NCBI GenBank assembly: GCA_000934665.2
Contig: KZ538119.1
Coordinates: 62,001-120,171, forward strand
Direction: 5' to 3'
From: Catajapyx aquilonaris
Lineage: Eukaryota
Length of the DNA: 58,171 nt
The notes under the pieces were generated by a model. It searched no databases and was not told the origin of the DNA. It saw only the letters and a program-made list of their open reading frames with translations. A program made the position numbers and the translations under genes. Shown here piece by piece: positions 52,468-58,171 of this stretch (position 1 is the stretch's first letter; each line of letters opens with the position of its first letter).

Positions 52468-55400
52468 TTAGTGCCTTGCACTTGTACATTTTCCCCTCTT
52501 GGGTGCACTTGCCTTGAGAGATGTGTAAGGACGTAGATTCTGATCTGGAGCTGAGCTAGACCTGTGATCTGCTGCTTTGTTGACGGCTGCTCCATGTCCT
52601 GTACCTGTCTTTGCTCCACTCATTTGCCTGACTAGAGCTCCTCTCTCTCTTCTCACAACCTCTGGATCTCCTGTGAAGAGGACACTCCTGTGTGGCACTC
52701 CTTTTGCTCCTGCCCCAGGTGCTTTATCTAAGACACCATTGTATACAAGAAGATCATCAACCAAGACACCAAATTCTTTAACTCCTCTTGAGGGTGTCTT
52801 TGCATAGTTCCACAGTCGGATCATGGATATGGTCACCGGCCAGTCAAATATAGCATACACACGATTCAATTCCCCAGGCAATATGGGTGCAAGCCATGCA
52901 TGGCGACCATCACGCAGGGTGTTGCAACCATCAATCAGCTTGTCAGGAGTGCGTACATCATGTGATATCTTGTCCAAAACATTAACACTCTCTGGATATG
53001 CTGCTATATCTGCCGAAAAAAAGACATTCAGAGTTAATGGTGTAGTTATGATACACAACAATGTTCAGCTGACATAATTATGTACACGTAACACACAAAA
53101 ATTTGAAGGGTACGGTACATGTTTAAAATACAATGTTGTTTTACTTTTCGGGAGAGGCAAGAAACTTCCTATGACTTTGATTTTGGACAGGGTAGTTTTT
53201 CAACTGCAATTAATTGAATGACGTGGCATTTATAAAGGAACCTAGAGCAAACCAAAATTTTGCTACAGCCCAGCTGTATTTTAAGAAAGTTGTCAATGGG
53301 TTGCACTTTGCACCAATCAATACAATCACCTGCATTATTCACCTTTATATCTGAGCAGAGAATAGGAGAGAACAGAATTTACTTCATAATAATACTGAAA
53401 GAACTTCCCATGAGGCAAAATGTATGACAGATTCACGTTTGCTAAGCCTTTTCTCATTTGGGTGACTGGTTACATATTTCAAGCCCTCTACTACCTAATT
53501 CAACAACTTACTTCGTTTTGTGAGTGGTATCCTATCACCACCTGGTCCATAAATCTCGATTCCATTGAGCCCCACATAATATGGGTCACCCCAGCTGGAG
53601 AGTAACAGCAGTTGGACCACGAACCCTTCTGGCATGACTGGTGCCTCATATTCCTCAGCTAAGGTGGCCCCAGGGCAGTTCAGCATTAAGGCAGATGGGC
53701 CAGACAAGCATCTGCCCTCTGGGCGGGTAGCCCTTCCAAACAACAAATCTTGCCTGAAGTCATAATGGAGGTTACCTGGACCTCGCCTGGCTAAGAAGCC
53801 ATCAGGAGGGGATGCCAATCGTCCATCAACTTCAACCTTAAGGCCTCTGATGCCCTGATAGCTGCCTTCTAGTGACAGGTTGCAGTTCCACAGTCTCAGA
53901 CCAATCAGGGGAATGCGTTCAGGAAGGTCAATCTAGTTGAAGAGGAAAATTGTTCATTTGTTATTAAATTTTGGGTGATTTTTACAAGATTTTTATATGC
54001 AAAGTTATACTGTACACAATCAGCAGAGGTTTCATATTGGAGTAGGCTCATTACACATGTCACTTGTAGCATTGAGCATTTTCCAGCAAACATGATAAAA
54101 TACACGCCTTTCCCTCTAAGGTCTTGGGTAGCCAAAATTGTCATGTAGTGCAAAAATGTTCATTTTTTGTTTCTGTACATGTGGTACTTATACATCTACT
54201 TACTACATTGGTATAACAAGGAAGTGTAGCAAGAAAATGATGAAGATCTACTTGTAGCTGCATCAGAACTGACCTGAACCCAAGGGTGTCCATTACTTGG
54301 ATCAAATGGGACACTCCATGTGCAGTCAGGGTCAGTGGCACCAAATCCACCGGAAGTGCAGAGGCGTGGCAGAGTTGAGGTTGGTGGATCACATGCCATC
54401 CATTCAGAAAGAAGTGTTATGGGAGCCCCACCTTCAGCCAACAGCTGCAACCCAGATGCGGAGACTTTGCCTGGTGATCCCCAGTTTGACAAGATGGTGA
54501 GGCGGAGGGAGGCACCAATCAACACTGACCTAGGGGAGGGTGCAGTAAAGGGACGTTCTGAATAGTCTGGGGCAGGAGTTGGGGCAACAGATGTGGAGCT
54601 TGGGGAGGTGTTGGTGGGTGGACGTGGTTCCTCAGGCTCGTCAGATCCATGGTTGGTCACAGCATAAGAGGAGTCATGGCGAGATATACTCTCAAGAATG
54701 GCTTCGTCCGTGGTGAACAAAATTGTCTGAAAAAAAGCAAAAATGTGCCAGAATGAGATTATAAGAATGTACTGAGAGTGTGTACTATTACAGAATAAAT
54801 ATCCCTAAAGTCCACAAAGTTCATTTTACATTGGTCACTCATATTATTAATATTCCCTTTACATATCATACTGATGGGTATTCCAGATGTCTTGAACGTA
54901 TAGTCCATAATAATTATAGTGTTTTTGCATAAATAAGGGAAAAACACCTGTCAAAAATTATACGGTACATTGTTGGCTCTACATATTGGTTCCAAGGCTG
55001 ACCTGACTCTAAGGTAGAGCCAATGTTACTTTTCTGCTTTCAGTCAAGTGCGCAAGAACTTAAATCAAGAAATAATCGTTCTTTTTTACTGGTGATTGTA
55101 ATTACATGGTCAACCTTTCTACCCAAAGTTATATATTCCTATGCATAATCTTGAAGAGATCAACACAAGGTGTCACTTTATACATACATCCCCAAAAGCT
55201 TCAGTGTCTCCAAGCAGAACCCCACATGCCCTTGCAATCTCTCCTCGAAATATGGGCACTCCATCCAGCATCATCTCCACGTAGCGAGCACCTCGGTAAG
55301 AATGGATGCGAGATTTGTTGTAATTCTGTAAAAGAATAAGATCTACATCAAAATCTGACATAAATATTGTAAATGCTGCCATCTTTTAATTGTCATTAAT

Positions 55401-56717
55401 TTACCCAAAATGACAGCATACAAAATATGTACAGTATATGCATGAACTGTAGAGTAAATTAGCATATTGCAAGAGCGGAAATACACACCCAGATGCGTAT
55501 GAGTGCAACTTGCACAGTCTTTGTAAACTTCAACCCGACTGTATGACTGTTCCCTGATGTGAATGGAGCCAACCATAGGTGTAGGTCATCTCTTGTCCTG
55601 TAAACCCCGTCCACAAGATTCTGAGGTCTCCTTGGATCAGAGTCATACTGTGGCAGGACGTTTATGTCTTGTGGTTGTGCCCACACACGACTGACAGAAA
55701 CTGGCTGGCCCGAGGAACAGAAAACCTCAATTCCATTCAGGCCAACGTAGTGTCTGTCCCCCCATGTTGAGCGAATATCCAGGACTAAGGTGCGGCCTGA
55801 GGGGAGCTCCGGAATTATGAAGTCAGATGGGACTTGCAACTCAGGAGTCAGAGGGTTGTGTGCTGGGGAGTCATTGGCCTCGTTGCTGCTTTCCTGGATG
55901 GCATCGTGATTCCTGGGATAGTTAAGAAAAAACGCATTGGATTAATGATCCTGCCCTGTGCAAAAGTTAGTCAAACTACTAACATTTAAAAGTTACTGCC
56001 TATAAAAACCCAGGAATAAACATATGAAAACAAATGGAAAATATCTGATTATTAATAGCTGTTCATAATACAAATCGAGAAAAAAAAATCAAGCCATAAC
56101 ATGTGATTATATATATTATCTATACTTTGTGTTTAAAATTTAAATTTGTCACATACAGTATAATTATTTCAAAATCATCCAGCTAATGAAAAAGTGAGCA
56201 TTCCTAAAATATGACAAAGTTCCCTTTCATGGAATTCTACTGACCCAGTCAGGTAGGTGTCAAGTGCATCTCCTTGAGGTTGCAAGCACAATCTTCCAAG
56301 ATGGTTGTGTTCAAATGCAGCAAGACTTTGCCACTTGTCCTCTAAGACAGCAGCTGTTCCATTGGGCAATCGGAATGGCTGAGAGGCTGTAGTTGCTGCT
56401 GGGGAAGGAAGTGGGGAGGTGACAGGGGTCTGGTTTGGGGTTGGAGTAGCCCGACGGCCAAATCGAGCTGATCCAATTCTGGCTGAGGCAGGTGGACGGA
56501 GAGACCCTTCATCAAGGCTGAGCTGATCACTCAGGAGGCACTCCAAATCAAATTCAGAGTCTAGTTCAGGATCAGGGTTACCATGTGCAGACTGGGATTC
56601 CCCAGTGGATGGGAGAAGCCACACTGGGGGTGGCACAGGGGCTATCTGTCCATCACTTTCTGACTCCATTCTGGCACCAGGCTCCAGGTTGCTACTGCTG
56701 CTAATTTGTTGATCACG
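52468..56717 (-). CDS. KATNIP: Katanin-interacting protein (KIAA0556, DUF4457 repeats); 6 exons resolved (~816 aa), 5' end unresolved
   Basis: Exons 56717-56245, 55912-55489, 55325-55188, 54726-54274, 53932-53512, 53009-52468; GT-AG and in phase. Motifs: STWGDRHYVGLNGIEVF, DDLHLWLAPF, IRIWNYNKSRIHSYRG, SWGDPYYVGLNGIEIY, IRLWNYAKTPSRGVKEFGVLVDDLLVYNG. Confidence 0.9.
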
Positions 56718-58171
56718 CTGCAAATTTAAAAGAAATTCATCAAAAACCCCACTGCCATATGCCTGAAGCTCTCAGGATCAATCTTGTAATTTATTCTTGA
56801 GGGGTAAGACAAAGTTAGCCCTTATTGTTAAAAAGAATCTTTATCAGTAGATGGAAACAATGCATTAATGGCAAAGCCACTCTTTCCTATTGGAAAGAGA
56901 GGGGCCAGCAGGTTGCATGAATCTGAAAAATAAGCTATGTTCCCTCCTGATGATGTCTATTCTGGATCTGTTGCAGAATTGGGTACCACAACACAGACCA
57001 CTTTATTGCTTCCTCCTTGTAAGCCTGAATAGACATTGCCCCAACGGAAACTTGCTTTTTGCAGTAAGAAATAGAATTTTGTTGCATATACCGACACCAA
57101 CTATCTTGCAGGGTTATATAGATTACAACAATGCTAGACTTTAGTCTATTATACTACACATATTATGTTGCATAATACGCATAGGCCTACTGGGCCTACT
57201 GCATAACTGACATGGCCATGCACACATGCCACATCTAGGCAAGTTGAAAATGGAACAGTTATTATATATAACTACAGTATCTAGTCTCAGGAGAATTAAC
57301 TTGACATGTGTAAGGTACCTTGGCCAGAATTTTCATGGCAGGATGATCCGGGATGGAAAGCAGCAGCAGCAGGTGATTGTTGTCATCTAGTCCAAACGAC
57401 CCGAATAATCGCCTGTGCCTTCAGGACTCCCGCGGTGTGTCCCTTGCCCGGTTGCATCGGTGTCGAGTAAGGGCCCTAGCAATGGCCCGAGCGAGGACGA
57501 CTGGCACCGTGGAGGCGGGCAGGGGCCCCCTCTTCCTTCCGCCATACATACATCAAGGAAAGTCGATGGAAGTAGAAGGATCGATTTTTGATCTTCGCCC
57601 CCTCCATTCATACTGCTGTGACGTATGTCACGCATCACCCTTGTCAACAAACCACTCTTTCATTACTCTTCGCCCCATTTGTTTATTTGTCCATTCATTT
57701 TCGAGTGGACTGCTTTACAATAAATTATTTGCATACTAAAGTGTACGTTCGAAATAATTGACGGAAGAATCCGAATAGGCACGCACCTGTAGTTATCCCT
57801 GTAGGCCATTGTCAATTGCCATCGAAATGTACAGTACAGGCGTATTCTGGCATGACTTTAATTTTGATTTTCTTATCTGCTCGTATCTTTACGTCCTCCA
57901 TCACTGCGTCAAGTAGAAGTCCAGTGCTGTCAGTTGTTGCAAAAAAAATATACATACCAGGTAGATTTCTGGCAGACTTTTAAGGTGGCTGCACTTTTGG
58001 ATGCAGCCACCTGTACTGCACGCTTCTGGTCTTGGCATTTGGGAACTTCCTTGATCCTGCAGGTGTAACCAGCTCATGGTTATTGAAGACTCAGGTTAGG
58101 TCACTCCCCACCCACCCCCTGCCGAAGGATTACGCACCGGGTGGCCACTTGAGATCGCTACGAGACATTTC

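Noticed and set aside
55913..55930. U12-type intron (TTCTTAAC near the acceptor) in KATNIP
   Set aside because: The donor is GTCAGT, not the U12 consensus RTATCCTT.
57983..58012. Hairpin AGGTGGCTGCA...TGCAGCCACCT after TTAA
   Set aside because: Only 11 bp arms; may be a transposon end cut by the window edge, so it cannot be classified.

Overview
Eukaryotic animal genomic DNA, probably an invertebrate or arthropod (inferred from gene content, SINE type and mosaic CpG pattern). I assembled six protein-coding genes by hand with phase-consistent splice sites: an OFA-like MFS transporter (+, 8 exons), AGPS with an intact PTS2 (-, 9 exons), an intronless CANT1-type apyrase (+), an endonuclease IV/APN1-type AP endonuclease with a long basic N-terminal extension (-, 4 exons), TTC39C (+, 8 exons) and KATNIP/KIAA0556 (-, 5' end unresolved). 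AGPS/CANT1 and APN1/TTC39C are head-to-head pairs on CpG-rich promoters. Two genes appear to need GC-AG introns. The introns are packed with fold-back DNA transposon derivatives. The most notable is a 3.5 kb TAG...CTA element with TTA target duplication, ~1.15 kb inverted arms, decayed XPG/H3TH-nuclease coding fragments in both orientations and a perfect central palindrome (Academ-like). There is also a palindromic mariner built from two 3' ends that hosts a second mariner and a SINE, a probable Helitron, several MITEs and two tRNA-SINE families. All calls come from reading the sequence; no searches were run.
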